64,000 bases of DNA, taken from contig JBHGNT010000010.1 in the NCBI GenBank assembly GCA_043228905.1, positions 2,170,001 through 2,234,000 on the forward strand. The letters are read 5' to 3'. The notes under the pieces were generated by a model that searched no databases, had not been told where the DNA came from, and saw only the letters and a program-made list of their open reading frames with translations. This document shows positions 41,117 through 55,363 of this stretch, piece by piece; position 1 is the first letter of the stretch; each line of letters begins with the position of its first letter. The position numbers were made by a program, and so were the translations under genes. This DNA comes from Azolla caroliniana. Lineage: Eukaryota > Plantae > Polypodiophyta.

Positions 41117-43145
41117 AGAGAAATATCTACCACTAATTGTTGTGTTGCGTGCATATACTCCAAATATCTTTCGTGTCACCACAATACACCATATGGTGCC
41201 TAATTTTCATTAAAAGTCTAGTCTTGCGTTAAGAATTGATGGACAAAATCCATAATGTTATACAATCATATTGCCTTATTAATGTGTATGCTCACAACCT
41301 AAGAAAAGTGATACCTCAATGAGATTAAAGAAGATACGATAGGTAACATCAGTCTATGGTACCATAAAAATTTGAATGAAGGATCATCTTGATTATCACA
41401 TCACGCAATCTTAAGGATAGAAGGTGTATAAGGGATGCTAAACTAGAAAATTTGAAAGGATAGGATTGTTCTAAGGTTATACTTTTTCAAAGTTACAATC
41501 ATGGTGCAGAAAAGTTGCGAGATACATGAGTTCATGCAACAAGCCAAGCTAGGAAGTTGTTGTGATGGAAGCTTAATGCTAGAAGTTAAAAGTGCATATT
41601 ACATCATGTTCTTCATGTTGATTTCTCTTTAACCTTCTTATCCACGTGCTACTCTCCACTATGCAAGTATAGTTCATATTGGGGTATGTGAATTGGAGTT
41701 TTGTCATCTGTGTCTTGTGTTGTTAGGGTTTGTTAGCATGTACAATATGTGTTTTATGCGCCATTAAGGTTTATTAACGTGTCCCATATGAGATCCAGTC
41801 AAGTTGTTGCGCGACATTAGAAACCATTCCAATCGCACATTGTGACATTCATATGCATGCAACGTAGTGGTGGGTGGATTATTAGAAAGAGGAGTTAAGT
41901 TATGAGATAATTATAAGTATGAGCTTGAAGGAATGAACTAGAAATCTTAATATTGAAAATCTAATCCAAATTTGTAACATGTAAATAAACACCATATGCT
42001 AATAGAGGTTTGTGAAGCCGTGGAGAGAAAGGATCAAATTGTCTTATTCTTTGTGAATAAGATAACAGAGGGGAGTTAAAACTTATAACATAATTGAACC
42101 TGAATTGAGCTCTTGTCCTAAACCATGTGAAACATAAAACTCAATTAAAAGTTTGAACTACAAATAAAAATGTTTAGTCCATTCTTCCATTTGTAAGTTG
42201 CTTAAAGATCACACATTGTGGGTTTGAAGCGTAATTAAGGGGAAATGGAAACTATAACTTGTTTTCGTTGACCCCATCCTATTGGTCCTCCCTTTTGTCA
42301 TAAGCCGTAAAAGAAATAAAGCATTTTTTAAATGGCAACCGCAAGAGTTAAAGTAACCATGGATTTAGTTATAGAGAAATATTTATAATTAAAACTAGGG
42401 GCATTCGTGTAAACAAAATTTTGCAAATTTCAATATTAATAACAATTTCATGAACTTGCATCTTCAATCTAAGTGAGCATAAACAAAAAGAAGATGGTTG
42501 TCTCATACTTCAAATATATATAAAAAGTGAACATCATTTACAATGGTGAGTGTGCAATCGTTTGTAGTTACCTCGGTGTCGTCGCATGTTGGTCCCAGTC
42601 CAATAGATAAGGCAACGTCTCATGATAAGACAAAACTCTTACAACATATTATCATGTGAACAATAACTAGATGTAGATTCTTTTTCAGTTACATTTGGTA
42701 AGGCACTATCATGTGGGTATCATTTCATATGAACCACTTGCCTTTTCGAGACACACAATCTTTGACTATGTAGTTTGAATCCATCGTACTTTCATCAGAT
42801 TCGTTATTTTTAAGGGAATAGAATAGTTTCAGCTCTATGTGCAATTTATATGGGACAAATATCCTTGTATACATAAGGATAGAGATTTGATATATTTCTC
42901 ATCAATAGTAGTATGATATGATGTGTGCACGTCTAAATATGTAGACAATTGTGACAACTAATAGTAAGATATTAACAAGGCAATTTTAGGATCAAAATGT
43001 TGTTATGTCAACCAGGTTTGTGTATTATCAATTAATAAGGAACTCCATAGACATAGAGATAGATAGGTAGGTAGGTAGATTATATTATCATCTTCGGAGG
43101 TCAAATATGACCTATGAGACCAATAGAGAGAGAGAGAGGCGATGC

Positions 43146-43980
43146 TTTTTTTTTTCCTTTAAAGATTTTCTTCAATAGTATTAAAAAATGTTTGAAGACT
43201 ACATACAAGTTGAAGTTATCTGCCCAAAGGCTTACAACATATAGAATAAAAGACATTGTATGTACACCAAAACCTATACATACAAAAACAACTTATAAAG
43301 GGGTGTTGAACCTTGATATGATACATTTAATGATGTACTAATATTCAAGAAAGGGTCCATGGAAGTTGATAAGTTCCATTGAGGCACTTGATCTGACACT
43401 ACAAAGAGGGGCAACTTCCTCCATAAGTGAATAAGCTTTGTCCTTCTCTTACGAACATTTTCTAGAGAACCATACATATTATCAAACTGCCCACAGACTA
43501 TTGTCAGCAATGTTTCCAATATATCAAATCTCGGTCCCCATGAGAACAAGCAACAACATTGATCGTTAAAAATAAAGAAAGAACTTTATTCCATACTTGC
43601 TTATCCAAGGGACAAGGCCAGAGGACATGCTTAGTAGTCTTCTGAGTTGCACAACAAAAGCCACATTGCTTGAGATTAGGTGTTATATTCCCTTTCAATG
43701 ACTGGCCAACTGGTAATGCTGCATGCACTAATAGCCATCTAAAAAGAATAAATTTAGTGGGCCCCTTGAAAGACCAGATCCATCTCCAATAGGTTTTCAA
43801 CTGCAAAGTTGAAACACCCCAATTAGTCCAATGTTTTTGAGCTGATGGCACCACTACATTCATACACATTAGTAATGACCCTTCCAAGCTTCACTGAATA
43901 CTGAAAGAAGGGAACCTTTTATGATATTTTCCCCCAAGGAATATGACCAAAACCAACCAACCTTTATGATAGTACTCTAA
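43146..43980 (-). mobile_element. 5'-truncated LINE (zf-RVT) with poly(A) tail
   Basis: ORF 43504..43887(-) 'WLLVHAALPVG...CGFCCATQKTTKHVLWPCP'; the T10 run at 43146-43155 is a minus-strand poly(A). Confidence 0.75.
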
Positions 43981-44504
43981 GGCAATGCCTTTTAAGAGGC
44001 CAAAATGGCCTTTAAGACCGAACAAGAGATTATGTCTTCAAATGTTGCTTCTAAAGAAGACATTGAATAAGATGGAGTGCATTTATGTCTCTAAAAAGGC
44101 TGAGACAAAAATGATATCCGTCTTAAAATGCTAAATACAAATAAAAAAATAAGAATATTGTGTTAGATGCATTACCCATCTCAACAAGAGAAAGATATAT
44201 ATTTGAAAAACAAAAATCAAAAGTATTAGAAATCTTGAATCTACAAACTATGTGATGATCTCTAATGTTTTATAAGACATTAGGGATTTATTTTATAGTT
44301 TGCCTCGAGTCAAGGATGTGTATCGAAAGTCTCTTATTATCTCTCTTACTAACCCATGGACCAACACTCAAGCTCAAAACACTACTTATCATACCACTCT
44401 GTAAAGCTCTTCGTTGTAACCCATGCACTTGGGTTCGAAACTTATTGTAGCACAAAAAAATTCAAGGTTTGAACACGTGAACTTTTGATCTTCACTAGAC
44501 AAAC

Positions 44505-44619
44505 CTTACCCACACAGCTACAATAGTATGGGGTATCTTTTTATGCTTTTTCTAAAAACATGCTTACCCACAAAGCTACAATAGTATGGGCTCTCCTTTT
44601 ATGCTTTTTCTCAAAACAT
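44505..44619 (+). repeat. Two-copy tandem duplication (~59 bp)
   Basis: 'cttacccaca.agctacaatagtatggg...ttttatgctttt' x2. Confidence 0.8.
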
Positions 44620-44699
44620 CGTTGATACCAAAGGTAAATTATGAAGTACAAAACCTAGCTTAATAAAAGCATCCATATATCATAAAAACCGCCAAAAAA

Positions 44700-46400
44700 G
44701 CTAGTTAAAAAAATCTCAAAGGTCTATATGTGTATGGGGACACAAGTCATTGAAAGCAACTCTTAGAAATTGCTAAAAGCCTCATCAAAATTCAAAGCAA
44801 ATTTTGATGCGCCCAACATAGCAATAACCCTAAGGACATTTCAAAATGATTTATTTTAGAAGGCTCTCCTCAAAAATGTTTGAGGAGGTAGTGTTCAATA
44901 GAGAGCGATGTTTGAACACTCAATCATCCTCTTTTGTGAAAGTTTGCAAATGTGAATTTGGTTGCCAAAATATCGTGCACTAAATTTGATCATCTAAACT
45001 TTAGAATTGAGCAACATGAATGTGATGCTATAGTTATTGTATGCCATTTGTTGATCTCACATAAAACTACAATGTTGATGAACAAATTATAGATATGCCC
45101 GAATTGTGATATTCAAAGGTATACGATAACTATAGCTTAATGCTTAGTGCCACGGTGAAGAGAAAAGCATTTGTTGATCTATGTGTAATAGACGAGCCAT
45201 GAAGATGTTCAATATTTTGTGCAAAGTGAATCTAAAAATTGTGTGGGGCTATGGAGCTTGGTTTGATTAGTTAAAATAGATGACAAGCTAGTATTTTGTA
45301 CATTGCCAATCAGCAAGGATTAAAGTTGGACGTACTCTCAACAAAGCTCAAATCTTTCCAGCTATCAAAAATACATTCTTGTACAACTTTGATTCTAAAT
45401 CATGTGAATATTTGAAGCTGTTTTCCAACACACTAAATTATTAGTTTCCTCTCCCAATAAATTAAATTCTCTTTCAAATTTGTTAGAAATAGTGTGCTTG
45501 TGCATAATATCCACATGCTACTTTTTAGAAATGAAATAAGTTAGAAAAAGGAATCTAGTGAATACTCTCCATTTGCATCGAACTAGCTGATCTTGTTCCA
45601 GTTCTATTCCAGTGCATGCATATGTTGATCGTCTTTCTTCTCATTTCGAATTGCCTATTTCATGCAATAATGGTGCCATTTTAATTGCCAATGGTGATCC
45701 ATGATTCAAAGAACTTTGATTCCATGTCTTTTCACATATTTGCCAACAACTTCATCCATGGTCGTATTTTCTTTTCTTGCCCACATCTTCGTCCATGGTT
45801 GTATTTGCCTTTCCAAGTCAATTTAACATTGTTGGTTTCCTTGCTAAGGCATGAATTACCAAATTTAGAGTTTCTCACTTGAGAACAATTTCAAGCCTCT
45901 ACATAGAGAAAGTAGCTTATTTATTAGAATAACATGATGATGCCAAAAGCCCTCAATGATCCAGGATCATTGAACAAGGTTGTCCAAGGAATTGTAAGAC
46001 AAAGTACTCCCTCGATCACACACACACACACACACAGATTGGCCTTTATGCCTAGAGATAATATCATGATTCACATTAGTTCCTCAATGGAAATCCACTG
46101 AAGTAGAACCATTTGATAGAAAAAAAATGATGGATTGGTGCATTACATCTAGTAACATCATATATTTCAAAAATCACAAGCCCCTCATACAATGGTATTG
46201 AATTGCAATATCGCAATTCCAAAAAATGGTTTGATGAATAGAATAGGGTTTGTTGAGTAACAATAGTAAACTGTGAAAATGACATATCATAATGACTACG
46301 GTCAATAAGTGAAAAAGCTAATTCAGATAGAAAGTCCAATACATGACACTAGTGGCAATGTAGTTGGTGCCAAAGGTGGGCATAATGTCTACAATGTTGG
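44700..46400 (-). mobile_element. Degenerate Copia pol fragment
   Basis: The minus strand near 45560-45600 reads 'NKIS*FDANGEY', similar to integrase 'KIK.LRSDNGGEY'; otherwise decayed. Confidence 0.4.
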
Positions 46401-46620
46401 TTATGCAAGTCAAGGAATGAATGGACAAAAAGTTTAGCATTTCCTAAAGAGAAAACAAGCTAAGCGACACCACAATGCATTCAACCTTGAGTGAGTGAGA
46501 ATGTTGGGAATTTCTTTTGTTGTCCATCGAGCGAACACGTGAAGTGAGAGAGAGAGAGAGTGAGGCATGGGATGGAATATGAGCTCGCTAGCTCCCTGGG
46601 GAGGAAGGGGTGTTTGGGAG

Positions 46621-46650
46621 CATACATACATACATACATACATACATACA

Positions 46651-46680
<30 letters not shown>
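46621..46680 (+). repeat. (CATA)15 microsatellite
   Basis: Perfect tandem cata. Confidence 0.95.
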
Positions 46681-46683
<3 letters not shown>

Positions 46684-47333
46684 GATGTGATGAGCATTGA
46701 GGAGGAAGATGTTGTTTCTATGCGTGCTGGCTGACTGGCTGGCTCCAACTGAGAGAGAACTGTGGGCGACAATGGGAAAAGGATAGTTAAAAAAAAAAAA
46801 AAAACACACTAGCCCAAAGAGGAGAAAGGGTAATAATAACTATAAAAGGAAAGGGACATATCCACATAAAATATTATCATGTACATACATACAGTGTTAT
46901 TTATGTATACACATATTCATAATACTTACAAGTTATACATACATACGTATATACAATTACATTATACGTGAACATATATACATACATACATGTATGCATA
47001 GGAAGAGAAAGAAAGAAATATTAACGTCTTCTAAGGCCAAAATTGGAAGAGAGAGAGAGAGAGAGAGAGAGAGGGACTGTGAGGGAGGAAACAAGAGGTT
47101 TTGTCTGTTATGAAGAGAGAGAGAGAGAGAGAGAGAGAACAGGGGGGAGGTGCAGTTAATGCGATCTCACCAACTCTTTTACATATTTGGGATTCTCATT
47201 CTTATTCTCAGTCTCTCTCACTCTTTCAAGTTTCCACTAACAACAGAGTAGTGAAGAAGAAGAGGCATCAGAAGCAGAAGAAAGAAGAAGAAGCAGAAGA
47301 AGAAGAAGAAAGAGGTAAGAGGAAGGAAAAGGC

Positions 47334-47519
47334 ATGCGAGGCGCGGAGATGGTGTGGGAAGCCGTCATTCAACAACAACGTTGGGGCTTCTACGAGTGCC
47401 TCCTCTGGGCGGCTCAGCTCCCATTGCTGGCTCTCCTCCTCCTCAGCTGGCGATGGCGATGGCGGCGCCGCCCATCCTCCTCCTCCTCCACCAACATTAT
47501 GAAGGTGGCGATGAAGAAG

Positions 47520-47550
<31 letters not shown>

Positions 47551-50218
47551 TTCCGCCTGGGCCCTCCCCATGGCCGGTGGTGGGAAACCTCCCCCACGTG
47601 GGGCCCATCCCACACTTGGGCATGCGCCGCCTCAATGCCGCCTACGGGCCCCTGGTCTACCTCCGCCTCGGCTCCTCCGTCCACGCCATCGTCACCGACG
47701 AGCCGTCCATCGTCCGGGACATCCTGAAGAAGCACGACCACGTCTTCGCCTCCCGCCCATCCAACATCGCCTCCGAGCACTTCACGTACGGCGGGCGCGA
47801 CATCGCCTTCGCGCCGTACGGCGCCCACTGGCGGAGCATGCGCCGCCTCTGCCTCATGGAGCTCCTCACGCCGCGCCGCCTGGAGGAGTTCTCCAAGGGC
47901 CGGCGGGAGGAGGTGGTCTGCATGGTGGCGGACATCGCCAGCCGGGCGGCGGAGGCGGGTGGTCCGGTCCTAGTGAACCTGAGAGACACTTTCGGTGGGC
48001 TGTCGTCCAACACGCTGACCAGGATGGTGCTGGGAAAGCGCTTCTTCGGGCCCTCCGGCGCCGGCGCCGCCGAGGCGGCGGAGCACAAGGCGCTCATCTA
48101 CGCCGGCTTCGCGCTCACCAATTCCTTCAACGTCGGGGACTACGTGCCGATGCTGCGGTGGCTGGACCTGCAGGCCAGGGAGCGCGACATGCGCCGGATC
48201 ATGGCGCGGGTGGATGCGCTCTACGATGCCATCATCGACGAGTACAAGGAGGAAGGGAAAAGGTTGAAGAAGACAAATAAGGAAGAGGAGGAGGATGCCT
48301 CCACCTCCTCCGCCTCCTCCTCCTCCACCAGCTGCAGCTTCCTTCACCAACTGCTCTCGCTCCGCCGGAGCGGCGGCGGAAACGGCGGAGCGGAGAGCGA
48401 AGGAGAGGAGGAGGAGGCGGCGCTCCTCGATCGGAGCACCCTGAAAGCCATCATGATTGTAAGTCATGTGGCCTTCATTCATTCATTCATTCAAGTGCAT
48501 TTATGACTACAATAGACCTGCGTTCAGCAAAAAATTAAAAAAACCATTTAAAATATAATACTTTTGAAATGGTACACGATATTTTTCAAAGAGATAGAGA
48601 GAGAGGTGTGATAGTTCCTGGAATTTGCTTTTTTGTCCCCTCCCCATTCTCTCGCCATTCAATGAGAACATAAAAAAACAGCTCTCATCATCATCAAGTA
48701 CATATTTACACACACACATACATACGTACGTACGTACGTACATTGCATTTCTCCTTACATACAGCCATAGACATACAGTGCATTTACACACGCACATACA
48801 TACATACATTGCATTTACACTCGCACATACATACATACATACATACATACATACATACATACATTGCATTTACACTCGCACATACATACATACATTACAT
48901 TCATACGCATACATACATTGCTTTCGTTCTATAGATCTCCAGTCACCATCAAGTACATAATGAGAACATCATAACAGCCCGCACCATCATTATGTACATA
49001 CATGCATACATACATGGCATCCATCCATACATCCTCCTTCCATACTATTCATATGTTCATGTCATTAGTGTAACCATTTTTACAAGATTTTAAATTCTAT
49101 GTGATCGCTGGGGGAAACAACCATTTGGGAGGTCGAAAATGCCAATAAGGAGTATCACAATTGGCTTACATCGGTTACTTGCCACAATACTTCACATTAA
49201 AATTTGGTCTATGCTCTCTGATGAGAGAGCAGCATCGATTATAGCCTCCTTGCCTTTCAAAAAGTAGGGAAAACTAAAATGCTCGCCCCGTATTGCTTGC
49301 TCACACATTCTCATCCACCCAAAATATGTGTTCATCTATATATATACCTAGGATCCCAAAATGTGTGCTTGCCTTTCAAAAAGTAGGGAAAACTAAAATG
49401 CTCGCCCCGTATTGCTTGCTCACACATTCTCATCCACCCAAAATATGTGTTCATCTATATATATACCTAGGATCCCAAAATGTGTGCTTATATATAAATA
49501 ACTAGGCTCCCAAAATGTGTGCTTATTATATAACTAGGCTCTTTTCATGTGGATGTATATCACACTCTCATTCTTGATAGTTTTGCTGTCTATCCCCCCT
49601 CCCTAGGACTTGGTTGCTGCTGGCACCGACACTTCCTCCATCACTAGCGAATGGACCATGGCGGAGCTCATGCGGCACCCCGATGTCATGACCAAGGTCC
49701 GGGACGAGATCGAACGTGTTGTTGGCCTTGACCGACTCGTCGACGAGAAGGATTTGCCCGCCCTTCATTACCTCAAGGCCGTCGTAAAAGAGATATTCCG
49801 GTTGCACCCCGTCGGTGCGTTCCTCATACCACATGTCTCCTTGGAGGACACCTACGTTGCGGGCTACTTCGTGCCCAAGGGAACAAGGGCATTGATTAAC
49901 ACTTACTCCCTAGGGAGGAACCCCAAGGTTTGGGACCGTCCTGACGAGTTTGTGCCGGAGCGCTTCATGGGGGAGAGTGTTGAGTTGAACGATCCCGAGT
50001 TCCGGATAGTTCCGTTCGGGGCAGGGAGGAGAGGGTGTCCGGGGGCAACTTTAGGGACTAGTATGGTGCTGTTGGGGCTTGCGAGACTCATCCAATGTTT
50101 CGAGTGGACCCCACTACGGCCCAACGAGGAGCTCAAAGAAGCTTATGGGCTCATGGTGCTTGAGAATCCCCTCCAAGCCTATGCTACCCCTAGATTACCT
50201 TCCCATTTTTATTACTAA
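47334..50218 (+). CDS. Cytochrome P450, CYP71 clan, CYP703-like, 2 exons, ~578 aa
   Basis: Exons 47334-48458 and 49607-50218 (single phase-0 intron just before the I-helix, typical of A-type P450s). 'LPPGPSPWPVVGNL', 'YGPLVYLRLGS', 'VFASRP', 'WRSMRR', 'TRMVLGKRFFG', 'DLVAAGTDTS', 'EIFRLHP..FLIPH', 'PERF', heme 'PFGAGRRGCPG'. The motif set most resembles CYP703 from recall. Confidence 0.9.
48705..49015 (+). repeat. Compound (CATA)n / 'cattgcatttacac' repeat in the CYP intron
   Basis: Direct repeats visible. Confidence 0.85.
49249..49489 (+). repeat. Two-copy tandem duplication, 119-bp unit, in the CYP intron
   Basis: 'cttgcctttcaaaaagtagggaaaactaaaatgctcgcccc...atgtgtg' at 49249 and 49368. 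Confidence 0.95.
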
Positions 50219-51162
50219 GGAAATTTTAAACCTCATATTACTACTACTAGTGGATTTTCGAAAATAAACCCTATTTTTTTCCCCCTTATTATTGTTAACA
50301 CGATACCTCTCGTGTATATATACATACACTATTGATTTCTTATCATTTTTTTTTATTGAGTTGGATCGTGTAAAGTCTTCAAAGCAAATCATCTTAATGG
50401 GCTTTGTCTACTTACTGCTACCATCCATGTTTCCGGAATAATTTGGTTAGAGTTATTGGTTTCAACAGCGTAACCGAACAAAGAAATCGGCAGCATTGAT
50501 CATATTAGTTTTAGTAAAGTGATGATTGCTTGTCAGAATGAGTCTGGTGATGTTGTAAGTGATTTTGGACGTAAATTGATTTGCTTGTCTGTCCTTTCAC
50601 TAGGTAATCATGAGGCTTTTAACATGGCCTAGGCTTTTTTCCCTCTCCCCAATGGAAAGTTGCATGTGTACATTTACTATCGAGGAAGTACATTCTAACA
50701 TTAAAGATCAATTGGTTGAGGATGGAGAAATTGTTCTTGTATGTTAGCTTATAAAGGTTGCATGACATTTGTTATCTACAGCGCTAATCGCGACTTATAG
50801 ACTATTGTGAATCAATGTACATGTCTTATGGGTTTCTATCATTGAATTTGCTACCACATGCAAATAAATAGGAGTAAGAGTGCAACCTACATGTGCACCG
50901 TGTGGGTAATCAAAACACCACATCTTGTGTATGTACTCCATGTAAGATCATTATGGTTAACAAGAGGCTCATGACAAATAATGTGTTTCACTTTCCACTT
51001 TGCATCTTATGACATAATTCTCTCCCATTATTTAGCCATGCCATGGAAATCTTCTAGGATAACCTGGATAGGTTATCGTTAGGATGCCATATTGTTATGT
51101 TAAATATTACTCATTCATGTCATGTTTAAAGTAATTAGTTGGCGAGTAACTCCATTCACTTA

Positions 51163-51163
<1 letters not shown>

Positions 51164-51226
<63 letters not shown>
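51164..51226 (+). repeat. (CT)n(CA)n compound microsatellite
   Basis: Direct. Confidence 0.95.
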
Positions 51227-51229
<3 letters not shown>

Positions 51230-54200
51230 TTCTAAAGCACTTACTCTCTCATACAGTCGCCACAACTTACAATTTGTAGAAAAATGTGAGGACCACTTTG
51301 GCCATTGTAAAATATCGCAAGGCTAATACATTAATATGGAAATGATTTGGTTTGTATGATTGTACCTTTAATGCTTCAAATGTTTTCTATTTAACATTAA
51401 AGGAGACGATTATTGCACTATGCTCGATTTTAAAATTCGGGCAGGGATTCTCGCGCATTAAGATTCCGCATTTATAAACCCTACAGTTTTTGTACTGATT
51501 GGTACTTAAATGCGATACGAGCTTTTCGAGTTTGCTTTTAGTGCATTTGAGAGCGAAACTTGCAACACATCACTTGAATTGACATGACACTTCGAGTATA
51601 TTAAAAGTAAACTATTGAGAATCTACCTTGGGTTTCTCATGGCTTAAAGATTGGGCTCTAAAACTGAACAAAAGATATGAACACTTTGTCAAAAGCTAGG
51701 TGGCATTTGTAATAAGAAATGAAGCGTAAATCTAACTCAACGTGATTCATCGAGACAAGTTGTGGGAAAAAGACTAGATAACTGAATTTCAACAAAACAT
51801 ATTGGCACCAACCAACATGCCAATAAAATCCATTACATGTATGTTTTTATTTATTTCTACGTCAATTGAATGTGTGAAATATATCTAACATGTGGGCGGT
51901 GCTTAAAAATGTGAACCCTCTTCTCAATTAAAGAAAAGTTACTTGACCTACTTGTGAATGCTAACAAGTATACATTTGTAACATGTCACATATTATGAAA
52001 GAATAAACCCTTTCAATACATAGATTAAATATATGAACATGGGAGCAAGACAACATTTCAAACAGATTCAAAAAAAGAACGCATGTCATTGATCATAATT
52101 ACATGGAGGCGTGGCAAGCATGATGGTTGGCAAAATAAAGTAGCATGTGATGGGTAGGTTGTAGGAGCCTTAACATACAAAGCATGCTTGAAAATTGAAA
52201 GTTAATACTACTACTGATTATCTTCCATCATAATGGCAAACATGTTGAATTTACATATCATAGGGTAAAAACCTTGTCGTACAATATGCCCATGAAGGAA
52301 GACTCTATATTTGTGATAGAGTTTTACAAAGTTCAAAAGTTGCAAACAAAAACAAATTATCTGGTAATCCCACAATGATTTCAAATCCGTAATCATTTCA
52401 AATTATTCCATCTTTTGTCCAATTGAGCTAATAAGACATATTTCCTTAAAATAATCATGTTTCTTCTCTTGTCGTAGCATATTGACTCTTGTTTGTTTTA
52501 CACTTGTCTCATCTCTCCCCACGTAAACACATAGGTAAAGCAAAGGACCGATTTAACTTCCATCTACCAAGATTTCTCATATGCACAAAATGATGGCGGA
52601 TAGATGTACAAAAATAAAGAAAATGTTTAGTCTTTTGGTGCCTTGAATGGGTGTGTCTTTGGAAATGTGAGAATCGAGATGGTTTGTTGGAGAAGAGCAT
52701 TTATGTCTTCTAGCCGATTTAATGTAGTGTAAATCCTCTTTGACCCATATGGTTGCTATTTGTATATGTAGATCTTCTCTACATTGACTTATGGAATATG
52801 AGTTTTGGGTGCTTGGGTTATTTACGAGAAACAAATTCTAAACTACCATTGAATGGTGACACTCCCTTCACCTCCCTGGTTGTCTTGATACCATAATTTG
52901 TTCAATATTATAAAGGAACATGGAAATTGATTGTGCAAAATAATATTATTAGATAGCCGACACCACCTAAGGTTGTATGTGTGTGTTTAAATAAGACACT
53001 CATTATACGATGGTCATTGAATAAGGGGTATGTCGGTGTTTTACAATGCACACACAATAGTGAAGTGTCTTATCACAACAAGGACATAGAAATATATAAC
53101 AACTTATGGATGAAACCGATTCTTATAAAACTACCAAAGTATGACGCTAGTGCTAATTAGCGCGGTCATTTCCATCATAATAATATTTTTTATATTTGGG
53201 ATGATGACATGCGTAAAAACTTAGGCAAGCATCAGATTTAACAGAAAGTGCTGGAAAGCACTAAAATATAGCTAAATTATCTTTAAAGGACTTTTGGAAA
53301 TATTGAGACAATTATAGAGAAATTGTTTCAAAGAAGACTTGAGGAAATGAAAGTACATTATGAGGTCTTGCTAAGTTATTCTTGTACATGGAGGATACTC
53401 ATTTTGTAATTGGCAATTCCACATACAACTAGCTATAATGGTTATTTAAACTTTATAGTGATTGAATGTCAAAGTATTTTGTGATACGATTTTGAAACGC
53501 ACATGTCGTTTAAGTCTATGTACATATTCATTTCATCTTTATGTTTTCTATCCAAAAGACGTAAATTATGGAAACGACCCATATTCTTTACAAGGTAAAG
53601 CAACCTTTGCTTCCCAATGAGATAACAGGCTCAACTGTTCACATCATATGTGATCACACATGTGTGGGGCATATGTGTGCATTAAAGACCACCTCCATTT
53701 CTATACTTTGGTCATAAGTGTATAACGGCCCCTACTATATATATAAGAAACCGATCTCATCTACAATGTAAATGGTATCCCATACCTCACCGACTTCTAT
53801 CACGACAACATTTAGAAGATAGTGAGTGCTATATAAACCAAGCCCTTCCCCTAAATAAAGAGTTTTTTTTTCCCGGGAAAAACTCCTTCAATTTATTATA
53901 AAATTTTACAGATGATAATGTTATATACAAATCCCAGTAGGGACGCGATAGTTCCATCTTATGTGGAGGTCCAATTGACTCAAAGAAAGGGATAGGACAA
54001 GCATTGTTGAATGAAGGCTAATCGTTGTCTTTCAACTCCATCGGACCTACCCATGAGGCCATTGTATTGGCTTTTTAGGGTAGCTACAACTTCACTCTAT
54101 ATCTCTTGCAATACTATTGCTTGATGCACGATTTGATTGGAGAAGACCAATTTATAACGTTGTTTCCAGAGAATCCAAAGAGTTATTGGGCTGACCAATT

Positions 54201-54664
54201 CCAACACAACTTGAACAAGAGTTATTATCAATTTATTATATTTTATTTGGAAAATATTATTATTATGAAAGTTCCTCCAGGTTTTGTTATAAGTCTTTTT
54301 TGGTATATTCTCTCTCTCTCAAATGATAATACCATGGGAGGGTTATTTGTCAACATAACATCTTTATTGCTTATGTGTTATTCTTGAGGACATTTGTTTG
54401 TTGAAGAACCAAATCACACACATTTATTGCTACTTTCGTATTGTAGTTATATAGCTTGTATGTTGAAGAATTCCACCACATTTTATGTATTTTAAAAAAA
54501 TCAAAGGAAGATGAAGAGAAGAATCATTAGCAACAAGACAAACATGCAAAAGGTGGCTCCCTCCATATTGGGAAGCTTAAAGGGAGTAACTTTGCATGAA
54601 ACCAAAATGTTGGTATTGAGGCAAGCCCACTTGCATCCAAGTGTATTGATACATTAAACTTTAA

Positions 54665-55200
54665 CTATTAATCAACAATGGGTGGGTTTGGTTTGGGCGG
54701 CTCGAACTCAAATAATTCCAAACCAAAACGGTTTTAAAGTTTTGAAACTAAAGCTGATTAGAACCATGAAAGCTTTCAACCGAAACGTTTGAGGAAATTC
54801 CAAACTCAAACCAAACAACTCAAGATATCCACAAACCATGAAACCATTCATTTTCGGGTCAAATTGAATTATTAGGATACACTCAAATTTTCAAGAAAGA
54901 AAACTAAAAGCAAAACAAACTATTTTTTGTTCTTTCTATTAGGGTTCAAAGGTAAAACTTCATAATGATAGTTTGTATTATGTAATTTGTAAAGTTAAAT
55001 TATCTATTTAATAAACATATCTAGAATGTCCCCCCAAATTGTTAAGTTGTTAAACCAATAAAGGCTCAAACTAAACCTTTGAACCCCAAACCAAACAATA
55101 TACAAATTTCTAGACTTAGACAAAATGGTTAAATTGTTAAGCCATCAACCCAAAGTTTGAGGTTTGGTTTGACTAAAACTAAATTGTTGCTAATTTTTAA
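54665..55200. mobile_element. Possible older, decayed member of the AACCG-rich MITE family
   Basis: Clusters of aaacc/ggttt motifs flank an AT-rich core; the right end 'ttgttgctaattttta' resembles the TIR 'cgttgccgattgtta'. Confidence 0.35.
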
Positions 55201-55363
55201 CTTTGACCATAAAGATTATGTTGGATTTTTTTTGTTCATCTCAACGCAAATCTATGTCGACAAACATTACTTCCGCGATGACATGTAGTTCATTGATTTG
55301 AATGCATCTAACCCTATGTGAAGTCATGGAAAATGGTTTCACAACTCATGAACATAAAGTGAC

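Noticed and set aside
47268-48482. Several overlapping and antisense ORFs over CYP exon 1
   Set aside because: Expected from high GC content and scarcity of stops.
51400-54100. Possible DNA-transposon relic
   Set aside because: No motif, TIR or ORF could be supported by eye.
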